DNA of 64,000 nucleotides from Octopus sinensis (Eukaryota). A model generated the notes under the pieces. It saw only the letters and a list, made by a program, of their open reading frames with translations, was not told the DNA's origin and made no database searches. Shown here in pieces: positions 11,764 to 24,689 of this stretch. Both the position numbers and the translations under genes were made by a program. How positions within the stretch are numbered: position 1 is the first letter of the stretch; the number at the start of each line of letters is the position of its first letter. The stretch is from assembly GCF_006345805.1 (NCBI RefSeq), contig NC_043003.1:116126001-116190000 (forward strand), given 5' to 3'.

Positions 11764-13824
11764 ATATGGACGCCTAGAATATCAGATTCATTTATATTAC
11801 TGCATGACTGACCTGGTAGATTCAAAATGTAATTGAGTAGTAAGAGGTGAAAAAGGAAAGGATAAAATTATCACCTGGCTCAGGTATTTTCATGGATCGT
11901 ATAGATTTATTTAATGTACAAATCCTGGATTAAGTTGTTAAAAAGAAAAGTGGGCAATCCTAGTTTTATCTATACAGCATTTCTATTTGTTTAGCAAATA
12001 TGGACAATAGAGGTAGTCAAAAATTCCAATTTGATGAGGACACAGGCGTCTATGTCTGTGCCGAATTCATAATGTACGTTGTCAGCGATTATTTGCGACG
12101 CAGTTATGGAAGAGTACTGACATAAGAATTTATGGAAATTTCAGGCCGATTTTTCCATCTCTATTACATGCAAAATTAAAGATATAGGTTTAGGATTTCA
12201 CTTAGAAATTCACTTCCGTTCGCTTGTGTTATACGCTTCGAAGGGAATATTGTAGTTAGGAAGTTTAATTCAGGGCAACCAACATTTCTCTATCACAAAA
12301 ATAGGCGGGAAATATTAGGCTGCATAGCTGGGTTACTTCATTTTAGTCAGTATAAAGCACTCGACAAACTCGATAATCGGTTCTGGGTGACTGCCCTAAA
12401 TAATGTTTTTCTTCGATCATTAAACGATATTAAACAACATTATATCGGACCTAATCAACTTATACATTTGCTTCATAAATTGTGCCTATCATAAAAAAGT
12501 ACAAAAGGGGTTCGTTCTGTCTGGTGATTCTGAACTGCACTGCAATTGAATGAGGTCAAGGAGTGCGAGTATATTTCACGAAATAGTATTAGAGACTCGG
12601 GAAATTACGGCTGTTGATATTACACTGAAAATATACAGAAAGTTAACAAGTGACCACACAGACACAAACGGTGATACTTGAATTTCAGGACTTGAGAAGA
12701 TAAAATCGTTACCTTGCTGAGATATTTCGAACTGCAAAAAATAGATCGCCTGGATTTCTTTAAGCTACAAAGAGCGAGAAATTTAAATGCGTTAACGCAA
12801 GAAAGGTGTCAGTAGTATGTTTTAGGTGAAACATCCATGTTATGAAAAACTGGGATGAAGATAGGGGTCAATTCAGATAAAAATTTTATGTCAGAAAGCT
12901 GTCCTTAAATGTAAGTCAAATACATATGTTGCCGTGTAAAAGTTAAGCAACATCGTCGCCGATGTAACACTCAGCATTGACGTTATCTAGAATAGTGTAT
13001 TGTCGATTAGCTGCAACGATGGGGAGAATTACAACCGTGTTTCGTGTTCTGCTACCACAACAGATCCTTTATAGAATCCAGTTAGCTCAAGACATCATCA
13101 GGAGGAACCACGTCCGGTTTCGCCCCCTACACCTCTACCGTTTTGACGTGGTGGGAACCCCCCTTTCGAGGGTGTCTTCAGCTCTGGTGTTGGGTGCATG
13201 TCTTCTTTCTTCTGTTCCCTGGCCCCTTCGATGTATCGTCAGCAACTGTCAGCCGCTGACTGACTGACTTGTCAATTTTTTCCCTTTATAAATACAAGTT
13301 AAGAAATATCTTCTAAACATTGACTCTGATAAAGTAAAGCTTTTCTTGAAGAGTTACGGTGTTTTTAGCGGAATAATGTAAGCGAGAACCATTGTGAGAT
13401 TGGGATAAATACATCTTCAGAAACCCAATCCCGTTCACTCCATATTTAGCTTCCTATTAACCTTTATTTCGGACATGGAGTACATGCTTTATCAATACCA
13501 AGATACAAAGAGAGGCCGTGTAAATTCTAATTTTATAAATTATTTCTAATTTGGCGGAAGAAGTAATTTATCATGATCACTTCATTTCACTATTTTCATT
13601 ATTTTATTCCAGTCCTACATTTTGATATATCGATAAAGGTGTTCATCTGTGAGTGCCAAAACCCGCATATAATAGGGACTACTATACTGGGATTTGGGGA
13701 ATATGTGAAGGTGCATCCACATATATATACATACATATATATAATATATATATATTATATATATATTACGTACATATATTATATATATACATAAAATATA
13801 CATATGTACACACTATATATATAC

Positions 13825-13855
<31 letters not shown>

Positions 13856-13898
13856 TGTGTACACACTCACACACACACACACATACAACACACACATG

Positions 13899-13936
<38 letters not shown>

Positions 13937-14676
13937 ATATATAATATAATGTATACATATATATGTATACATATATATGCATACATATATACAAATATAT
14001 ATAGAGACGAACAGCATTTCTGCATCGATCGGTTTGAAAAATTGTTAGGATACGGTATCCTAACAATTATATCCACCACTTGCTGTTGAGCATTCATTTT
14101 CATCGATCGACATTCGGGTATGCATGTATGTATATATAAATATACATATATACATATGTAAACATATATGTATAAATAATTGTATATATATATATATATA
14201 TATAAATAAATATATAAATATATATATACATATATATATATACACACACACATATATATATATATGTATATATATATACATGTATGTATATATTTATATA
14301 CTCATATATTTATACACATATATGTATGCATGGAGGCGTGTATATATATATATCTTTATACACATATATGCATATAAATTTACTTATCATACACACAAGT
14401 GTATGATAAGTAAATATATATGTGTGTGAGTATTTGTGAAATTATCCTTGGAGGGCTGATATTAAATTTACGTTCATCATCATCCACTATTACTATTGTA
14501 TAACTAATTATATATTTGCTGGTCTATGCTAATTTCTAATTTGCAAATATTATCTTGACATTTTAATTTAAAAATCATTTTACCCTCTTCATTTATCACC
14601 AATATTTTCTTTTTTTTTTGTTATAGTTTTCTTTGTTACCCAATTTCTTCCTCTACTTTAATATAATCATCAACGA

Positions 14677-14709
<33 letters not shown>

Positions 14710-15062
14710 GTCGTTTATCAATAACTTGCTTAATTGCTATCAAACTGAAAACTCATTACAACTTTATAAATCTCTGTATAAAACCAAATCCAAACACCTA
14801 GTTAATTTAAGTTATTTTTTTTCTATTTGAATGAAGGTGATGGGTTATTTTCTTAATTTTTGCCTTTATTGTAATTATCCATGTATTTATAAACTATTTG
14901 TTTGTTATTCTATTTATTTTAACATTCCGTTGTAAAGTCTTGAAAATAGCATCAGAAGAAATTTAATGATAATACGAGAAATATTTTTAAATATCTTGAG
15001 TTTTGTTTTAATATCATAAAGTAAAATATTACTTTAGCAGCCGGAACAACGTCGTAATAATA

Positions 15063-15082
15063 TTAATGATAATAATAATAAT

Positions 15083-15156
<74 letters not shown>

Positions 15157-15253
15157 TAACAATAACAATAACAACAACAACAACAACAATAATAATAATA
15201 GTTATTATAATAAAAACAACAATAACAATAACAGTAACAACAAGAACAACAAC

Positions 15254-15288
<35 letters not shown>

Positions 15289-15323
15289 ATAATAATAATA
15301 ATAATAATAATATATTATTTTAT

Positions 15324-15354
<31 letters not shown>

Positions 15355-15395
15355 TAATAATAATAATATTATTATATAATAATAATAATAATAAC

Positions 15396-15442
<47 letters not shown>

Positions 15443-15455
15443 TAATAATAATAAT
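15063..15455. repeat. (AAT)n/(AAC)n microsatellite block
   Basis: Directly visible. Confidence 0.95.
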
Positions 15456-16140
15456 ATCCAAATCATATTATTACATTTGTTAATCTATAATAATATTTTC
15501 CAACGCTGACACAAGACCAGTTATTAAATGAAATCCATGTTTAACATTTCCTGGACAAGAGATTAACGACAGAGTGTTGTCAATAAATTTGATCCAAAAT
15601 TTTTGACGGATGAGAGTATGAAAGGCAAGCTTTTGGAACCTCGACGGTAAGGTGCTCGATAGCCCATTGCAAATTTTGACGATTCAATATTTCTAACAAT
15701 GGACCGATCTTCGGCCATGCAATACCGAGAGAACTAAGTCGATGTCTTTATTGAAGAAAAATTACTAATTTAAAATAATTGTAACCATATTATTAAGGAG
15801 AATAGTAACAGTAGCATTTTCAAATTTTTAGATATTGCCAAGAGGTTTATGCGGAAGAGAAGGCCGATAACATTGACTTAGTTTTTAACTTGTACCATGA
15901 TTTATCGATCCTGAAAGGATAAACGGTTAATACAATTTTCGCGATATATGAATTCAAAATCTGTAGAGCTACGAGAAATGACTCATGCCTCTAATCATTC
16001 AGATCAACCCACCGGCGATTCTGCCATTTAACGATTGTTATAATTATAATAATAATAATGATAATATGAAGAAGAAGAAGAAGAAGAGAAGAAGAAGAAG
16101 AAGAAGGAGAAGAAGAAGAAGAAGAAGAAGAAGAAGAAGA

Positions 16141-16243
16141 AATACAATAACCATCAGAGCATCACAACAAATTACAGCACATACCCAAGATACAGAGAGC
16201 TGCACTCGGTAGTGAAGTGAAAGCACGCTATAAAAACTACTGA
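16141..16243 (+). mobile_element. 3' end (UTR) of an R4/Dong-like non-LTR retrotransposon
   Basis: Matches 19190-19300 (TAACCATCAGAGCATCACAACAAAT...GTGAAAGCACGCTATAAAAA); followed by (TAA)n. Confidence 0.85.
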
Positions 16244-16244
16244 C

Positions 16245-16299
<55 letters not shown>

Positions 16300-16301
<2 letters not shown>

Positions 16302-18430
16302 TATGCCTGACGATATCCAGAAAGGGACCACCACACACGTCGAAGATGGAGCAAACAAACTAATGCTTTGGTTATGGGGTGTTACTACCTGAGCAGCCCG
16401 GTAGATTAAAATTGTTCTCAAATTACGGGTTAACGACAACTTATGTATGATCATTGGAGAGAAAAGGGATTGTTTCCCCTCACGGAACAGAGACTATGTG
16501 ATCAAACTAGAACAATAAGAAAATAATTGTTGGTTCACAGAAGTAGAGCTCGAAGCTATCAAAAGACGAGTTATGGAAAATAGCAGCAGAGATAGCAATG
16601 AATATACAGTTGTTACTAATACGAGTAATCTCATAGCACAGGAAAGGATTAGTGGTAGTTTACTTGATGAGAGACATAGATGATATAAAGGAGGACGATA
16701 AAACTAATGGTGATATGACAGATGAACAAAAGGCAATCTACGACAGAATAAAGGTAAAAATACAGAACGATAGTAACAAATGTTCACCGATGGAAGTTGA
16801 ACCAAGAAACGAAAAAGGTCAATGGAATTCTGAATTACATCAGAACAAACAACTTCACAGAAACAAATAATTTGATCAAGGCAGTAAGTATTGTTGTCAA
16901 CAAAAAGAAACATAATGGGAGTGACAAAAGAAAAGATCCATGGTAGAAAAGAAGAATCCAGGCAAGGTTCTCGCAGGAAATATCTGTGTTAGACCGAAAA
17001 GAGAAAGGGGAGCTTAGAAGGGAACAAAAATACAGGGCACTCAAGAGGAAGTATAATATTGAAAGAAAGAGTTTGAAAGTAGTAGTGAAGAAACTTGGAA
17101 TTGGTTGGAAAGGTAGATTATTCCTTCTCAAACAAGGTAGAGAAGAAATAATCGTAGCAGAAGGAAGTAATCTGAACAAATGAGGCAAGACGTAGAGCAG
17201 TAGTCAATGTGTCACCATTACGCAGGTAGTGTGATGGACATGTACAATGAAATAAAGAGTAAAACAGTGTTTCAAAGTCGTGAAGACACTGTAGAAATCT
17301 TGGAGACATGATAATGTTGCAAAGATCATCCACTTGGAAATGTCTAAGGAGTATGGGATTCCAAAAGGACACAGCTTGAATCCGCACCTCAAAAACCGTT
17401 GATAAATGGTGAGGCTGAACTTCTTTCGGATTTTCCTATCGAAATGTATCATGTCCCAGAGCATAACATCCCAAATATCTTTCTGTGTGAGAAGATGGAA
17501 TTGTACTTGCTTCATAATTGATGTGGTCTCTCCATGTGATACAAGAATAAAAAAAAACAAGAAATCCACAATATAGATATACACAAGGACATAAAGAGAG
17601 CGTTAGACAGGTTGTGGGGTTGTCGGGTGGTGAGCTGGCAGAAACGTTAACACGCCGGGCGAAATGCTTAGTGGTATTTCGTCTGTCGTTACGTTCTGAG
17701 TTCAAAATCTGCTGAGGTCGACTTTGCCTTTCATCCTTTCGGAGTCGATAAATTAAGTACATATTTCTTTACTACCCACAAGGGGCTAAACACAGAGAGG
17801 AAAAACAAGGACACACAAACGGATTAAGTCGATTATATCGACCCCAATGCGTAACTGGTACTTATTTAATCGACCCCTAAAGGATGAAAAGCAAAGTCGA
17901 CCTCAGCGGAATTTGAACTCAGAACGCCCGGCATGCTAACGTTTCTGCCAGCTCGCCGCCTTCAGTACCAGTTACGCACTGGGGTCGATGTAATCGACTT
18001 AATACCTATGTCTTCCTTGTTTGTCCCCTCTATGTTTAGCTCCTTGTGGGTAATAAAGAAATAGGTATTTCGTCTGTCGTTACGTTCTCAGTTCAAATTC
18101 CGCCGATGTCGACTTTACCTTTCATCCTTTCGGGATCGATTAAATAAGTACCAGTTATGCACTGGTTCAATGTAATCGATTTAATCTCTTTGTTTGTCCT
18201 TCTTTGTTCCCTCTGCGTTTAGCTCCCTGTGGGCAATAAAGAAATAAACAGGTTGTGGGGTTGTAAAAAAGTGATGTTGTACAAATTGTCACTGGAGCCT
18301 TAAAAATGGTGGGGCGAGGAAACTCAAGAAGGGAACAGAAACCGTTTGTGTGTCAAAGCACGTAATATACATGCAACTGGCCTGCTTGGCAGGAACGGTG
18401 AAGAGCCTTTGAAAGTTGTTGAATGGGTGA
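16300..18430 (+). mobile_element. Internally deleted, decayed R4/Dong-like RLE retrotransposon interrupted by SINE B
   Basis: N-terminal GCYYLSSP...WREKGLFPLTEQRLCDQTRTIRK...ELEAIKRR and RKYNIERKSLKVVV; C-terminal NGEAELLSDFPI; after the SINE, RLWGCKK..VVQIVTGAL. Confidence 0.75.
17624..18247 (+). mobile_element. Composite SINE family B insertion (plus copy, nested inverted copy, tandem partial copy)
   Basis: 17-bp TSD ACAGGTTGTGGGGTTGT at 17607-17623 and 18248-18264; inverted copy at about 17761-17960. Confidence 0.9.
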
Positions 18431-18524
18431 GATCAACGGTGTTAATTACTTATCCATGACTGAAACCACCTAAATTCCATCATAGAAGTGAGATACAAAA
18501 ACATTTTGAAATAAATAAGTAAAT

Positions 18525-18583
<59 letters not shown>

Positions 18584-18603
18584 TGATGTTGATGATGATG
18601 ATG

Positions 18604-18660
<57 letters not shown>

Positions 18661-18666
<6 letters not shown>

Positions 18667-19300
18667 CATATCATCTCTAGCTGCCCAGTCCTGGCTAAGA
18701 AGGAATATATTCACAGACATGACAGAGTTGGAACCTACATACATTGGAAGCTATGCCAACATTATGGAATAACAACAGAAAAAAGATGGTATAGGCACAC
18801 ACCAGAAAAGGTCACAGAAAACGAGAAAGCAACCATACTCTGGGATATGCGATACACACAGATAGAGAATTAAGGCCAACAGACCAGATATAGTTGTCAG
18901 AGATCATGAAGAAAAAAAATGCTTTCTAATTGATGTATCAATACCGGCAGATGACAACGTGTCTCTAAAAGAAATGGAGAAACTCTCAAAATACAAAGAC
19001 CTGGAAATAGAGGTAACTAGAATGTGGAACCTGAAAACAGAAACAATTCCTATCATAGTAGGTGCATTAGGCATGATAAAAAAAATTCAGACAAATACAT
19101 AACAAAAACACCAGGACTTACAAAACAATATAACATACAGAAAATTGCACTACTAGGCACTGCACACATCCTACGCAGAACACTTTCCATACAATAACCA
19201 TCAGAGCATCACAACAAATCACAGCACATACCCAAGGCACACAGAGCTGCGCTCGGTAGTGAAGTGAAAGCACGCTATAAAAATAAAAATAAAACTACTG
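18661..19300 (+). mobile_element. 5'-truncated R4/Dong-like retrotransposon (end of CCHC motif + PD-(D/E)xK endonuclease + 3'UTR) in (TAA)n
   Basis: HIISSCPVLAKKEYIHRHDRVGTYIHWKLC...KANRPDIVVRD...LIDVSIPADDNVSLKEMEKLSKYKDLEIEV...IPIIVGALG; short frameshifts; (AAT)n on both sides. Confidence 0.9.
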
Positions 19301-20510
19301 AATAATAATAATAATAATAAGCAATAATTATCAAGAATAATTAGCATTGTTAGCATGTAATCTACCAAAAGAAAAGAAATTAAAGCAGGAGTTTTGGCAA
19401 ATGAAACTTTTGAAAGTTGTTTTTCATTTAATTTCTAGACAGTGGTGGGTGTTTGACTCTTTCTAAAAATTTCTTTTTTTATATATTTTTGTTTTATTAC
19501 ATGTTATTAATTAACTTTGATTTAGTTTAACAATATTTTCATAAAAGTTGGCCATTCTATTGACGACAAATGCGAAAGCAGCCCTTAGTTTAACCGTAAT
19601 TAATTCTAAACCTTTCCTTATTCTTATTCATAATACGATCATAAATAATTTTGATATTATTAAAATTAGAGATATTTTAAATCATAATAATATTACAATA
19701 ATATAAACAATTATGAAAAATTAAACTAGGAGTATGTATCAAAAATAAAGAAAATATTGTATAATTATAGAGTTCGCATTAAAAAACAAAAATAGTTTTC
19801 AAAAATTTTGCTTTAATTTATTTCGCATAGCAGATTACGTGCCAAAATGCATTTGTTTACATAATTTATATTCTACTAGCAATTTGCATTCACATGATGT
19901 TTAAAAATTTTGCAAAATTATTTTGGTAATGAATTCTTACGTTATTGATTGTTAACGAAACGAAAATGAATGGTAAAATACATAGTCATATAGGCATAGA
20001 CATGCGCACACACATATATATATATGTTTGCGTGTTTATGTGCATGGTACATAGTTTCAAATGATATAAACTACACAAAACGAAGTGCTAATTAATTCTG
20101 CATATTTTCCAAATTAATATTGTCAACATTCAATGAAATGCAGTTGGTGGAATCGCTGGTTAAAATAGTAACTTCAGTTTAGTTAAAAAAGTTTTGAGTT
20201 TTGAGAATCCATATTTTCACAGTATTATATTTGATACTCGGGATAAAATTACTCTAAACCGTAAAACCTGTTTTGGACATATTTAGAATACGTGGAGACG
20301 CGGACAGACAGAAACTTCATATGAAAAAAGACACAAATATTAAACCTTTAGTGGTGAAATATTTCCACATAATAATAGTGTATGTTCTGTATTTGTATGT
20401 GCATACCAGCGTGGCGAGATCTATGGTGTAAGAACAGCACTGACACAACCGGAAACGGTAGCAAGCTTCTTATAACACAGCCAATCCTGCGCCTTAAAAA
20501 ATAAACATAT

Positions 20511-20700
20511 ATATATTATAAAATCCCTTCTGTCTGTGTGTGTCTTCTCGGATCTCGGGCATCCTCCATCCGATTGCGCTCAAATTTGATATGTAGACAC
20601 CGACGGTATCAGGGCGTGTATAAGCTTTGAAAAAATTGCAAAAATTGATTCAAGGTGAGAATGCGATCGATAAAGCCGTTTTTGTCCTGCTTTTCTTCCG
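20511..20700 (+). mobile_element. Possible non-autonomous Helitron-like 5' end
   Basis: ATATATTATAAAATCCC..CTGTCTGTGTGTGTC...CCGATTGCGCTCAAATTTGATATG resembles Helitron-type 5' ends; no 3' end identified. Confidence 0.35.
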
Positions 20701-21056
20701 TCAACCTTTTGATAACTGCACCTTCCATTTTTTGTTGTTTTTGTACTGCTTAAAGGCGCGTTTCTTCCCTGCCAAGCTTACTGTTTAAACCATGTTTGTG
20801 TTCTCCCAGTCAACAGCCTTATCATTACTGGTACTTTAAAATCTTCGGTTGCATATTTGTGTGAATAAAATCGTTTTTCTATGGAATAGAAAAAATATTC
20901 CTCTGTTACTGGTGTCTCAAATTTCGGTTAAATCAGTGTTGCTCAAAGGGGAGGCATATGGGACAGTCAGAAAAGTTGTTTTGATGAATTTGGTTTAAAT
21001 GTTTGACAACTCAGCACCATCAGGGGCGTTTTGACAACTCAGCACCATCAGGGGCG

Positions 21057-21094
<38 letters not shown>

Positions 21095-21120
21095 TCTATA
21101 TACATAATATATATAATATA

Positions 21121-21162
<42 letters not shown>

Positions 21163-21515
21163 TATAATATATTATCTATATATAAAATAATATTATATAT
21201 ATATATATAATATAAATATATATACATACATTACATATATATAATACAGAAATATATATACATACGTTATATATACATATATATATATATATGGATGTAT
21301 GTAATATTGTATATATATATATGCGTGTATATATATGTATTATATATATACTATATATATTATATATGTATAATACGTATGTATATATATTTCTGTATAT
21401 ATATATATGTATGTATGTATATATATTTATATATATATATATATATATATTATAAAAAACATTATTGGTGAATTGAAGAAATGGAGCTAAACGCAGATTG
21501 AACAGAAATCGTTTT

Positions 21516-21607
21516 ATTTCATTCTACACGTGTTTCGAAAGGCACAAATTACCAAAATCCGATTGAATAATGGGACCATATTGGTCTTTTTCTTCAGGAA
21601 GAAAAAA
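21516..21607 (-). ncRNA. Hammerhead-like motif with long stem II (G10.1 to A)
   Basis: UUUUUUCUUC-CUGAAGA-AAAAGACCAA...UUGUGCCUUUC-GAAA-CACGUG-UA|GAAUGAAAU. Confidence 0.6.
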
Positions 21608-22209
21608 GGAAATCCGTTAGAGAAACAAAAAACAGAACAGAGGCGGAGCAAAAACCAAATCGAACTATGCTCCTAGAGAGCCATGCGAAATCTACGATTA
21701 TCACTGCACGGGGAATTACTCCTGTAAGACAAACGGGGCTTGGTTTTTTCACAGCGGGGGTTTCCTTGACAAGGCAGGCTTAGATGAAAACACACACACA
21801 TAAAAAATAATATATATATATTTTTTTCTTTCTGCCACCCAAACGGTTAGCACGGCAGTACCACTGACAGCCGAACGATCAAACGCACACACGATACACA
21901 AAAAGTGTTTTCTACCCCTACGCCAACACAACATATATAGAACAGTATACACCACACCGTCTCTAAGTAGATTTTTTCTCGCCCCTATAAAAACATCCAA
22001 TATTCCTTAAATAGTCTCAGAACTTTATTCTCGGTCACTACGAACATCTATACACCCTCCCCATGATGACGATTGCCTGACCTGTAGAATTCTTCAGCCA
22101 CCGGTTCTCAGCATACACTGATAAAACAGTTCGCCATGGCTTCTTAGGAGCATAGTTCGATTTGGTTTTTGCTCCGCCTCTGTACTGTTTTTGTTCTCTA
22201 ACGGATTCC

Positions 22210-22300
22210 TTTTTTCTTCCTGAAAGAAAGACACAATATGGTCCATTATTCAATCGGATTTTGGTAATTTGTGCCTTTCGAAACACGTGTAGAATGAAAT
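22210..22300 (+). ncRNA. Hammerhead-like motif with long stem II (G8 missing)
   Basis: UUUUUUCUUC-CUGAAA-GAAAGACACAA...UUGUGCCUUUC-GAAA-CACGUG-UA|GAAUGAAAU. Confidence 0.6.
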
Positions 22301-22577
22301 AAAACGATTCTGTTCAATCTGCGTTCAGCTCATTTCTTCAATTCACCAATAATGTTTTAATTTCAATTATTCCGCACCAACGCACGGTTGCAACGCCAGA
22401 TGGTGTACTCCAACCGTGCTGTTTACTGCTGTGATGTTTTTGCTACTAAGGTATCGGTTAACTTTTGATTAAGCTACAACAAGATTATTCATCTTTCTAT
22501 TCAATAATATATATATATATATTATCTATATATATTTATATATATATTTATATATTATATATAGATATATGTATATA

Positions 22578-22614
<37 letters not shown>

Positions 22615-22669
22615 TATATAATATATATATATTATATATTAATATATATAATATATATATATATATATC

Positions 22670-22707
<38 letters not shown>

Positions 22708-22778
22708 ATGTCTTATAATATACATATATATACACGCATATATATATACATATATATATACATACATATATATATATG

Positions 22779-22824
<46 letters not shown>

Positions 22825-23442
22825 CGTGTGTGTCTACACAGGGTAAAGATACGTGTTTCTAATAGTCTCTTGCTTGGAGGCGTGGCTCTAGGTAGGTGTC
22901 ATAAGACACCTTGGGTTCCCATGCAAAATCGATCCTCTTCATATATGGGCTATTTCATTTGTAATTCAGGAAGCTTATAAAGAGAAATCACGAGAAAAAA
23001 AACATGAAAAGATAGATTCAAACATATGAGCGAAAACGGAAAAAGAAAGGAAAGAAAATATTGGAGTAATTTCCCCTTTAACAGAGTTCAACAGACAGGA
23101 GTGCCATGTCTGCGAGACAACTGTCCAATATGAGTGACAGCAATGGGATCAGTACCAACATTTGTGGTTATGTCGAGACGAGCAACACCTAAACGACGCT
23201 AACAGCACAAATGTCATAACCCAGGAACGTTTTGAACACATCTTTCTGTCTTTTGTTTTCTCTCTCACCCGCTCACCTTCTCTCTTTCACACACACACAC
23301 ACACACACGCGTACACACCTCCATTTTAAGCAAAAATGAATGAAATATCCAATGAGGAATCTCGTCTTGCGACGTAAAAACTAGGTAAAAAAGAGAGCAA
23401 CACAAAATTAATTAGTTACACTTTCTCTAATTACAGAAAAAG

Positions 23443-23444
23443 AG

Positions 23445-23530
<86 letters not shown>
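23443..23530. repeat. (TG)n microsatellite
   Basis: Directly visible. Confidence 0.95.
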
Positions 23531-23531
<1 letters not shown>

Positions 23532-24576
23532 GTGTTTGTATACATGAAGATGCTGTGTTTGATATAAGGCTTTAATAACTTCTGGAGAAGAGTGTTGAAC
23601 AAATTTGATTTGGTCCAGTTTCCTGCCGATGCAAATTTTCCTCATCAGATTCAATGAAGAATGTAGCTCACTGAAGAAATGGACAAGATGTGCAGTTAAA
23701 TATTCCTTGATGATAGTGCTGCCTAGAAATTGGCATTACAGCATCTTCTAATAAGTCTTGCTATTGAAGAGGATATTTGAGTGAAAGTTTACAATATCGA
23801 TTACAATTGCATGATGTGGAAACAATTATATAATGAGATTTCTATAACGTATGGATATTAACGTGGCCTCTCTCGTAAGTTGCATTTCATTAAACAAGTG
23901 ATGTATGCGCAAAGTGGACATTTAAACGACTAGACTTGATGTACAATGATAGTTCAGAGAAGATGTATATAAACAAATTTAGCACATGTTAAATTAAGTG
24001 AAAATATCATTGAAAAACACCCCAAGAACGATAAGGTTTTGATTTAGAATTCAAATAGCTTTTCACTAAACAAGTAACTTTTGATGATTTTCTTTGAGGT
24101 AATACTTGAAAAGAGTAGATTTCAATTACTTTCAGAAATCACTAACTCTCTGTACGGACTATCAAATTATTCGAAGTTTGATAGTTAAAGACAATTTAAT
24201 CTAGCAGCGCATAGATTCTTAAGCTATAGCTCATAAGGAAAAGAAAAGGATAGACGTTCTTAGTAGAAATATTATACTTATTTAGGTGGGTAGTTTCGAA
24301 ATCATAAACGAAATTGCAGCCTAAAATAACTCGACGATAATTACGTTTGATTAATGTGTCTAAATTTGATATAGTGGGAGATGGTATCTCTTTATATTTC
24401 GAGGCGTTTATCTGACTGACATACTCATTTCAAGATCTGTAACACTCATAGACGCGTGCACACACGTACACCCTTACATACATACACCTATACATGTGTG
24501 TATATGTGTAAATGCGTACACTCATGCATACAGATACTCATACAAACATACATATATACAAACAAACATACATACA

Positions 24577-24610
<34 letters not shown>

Positions 24611-24689
24611 CATACATACATACATACATACATACACACATGCATATTACAGCCGAATAAAGAAAACTTAGACCTCAGAACTTTCTGCA

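Larger units (their letters stand above)
21456..22358. repeat. Long inverted repeat (~234-bp arms, ~440-bp spacer); each arm carries a hammerhead-like motif
   Basis: 21456-21689 is the approximate reverse complement of 22130-22358. Confidence 0.9.

Noticed and set aside
21002-21057. 28-bp direct duplication containing CCATCAGG
   Set aside because: Only two copies; not a CRISPR or an HHR; local slippage.
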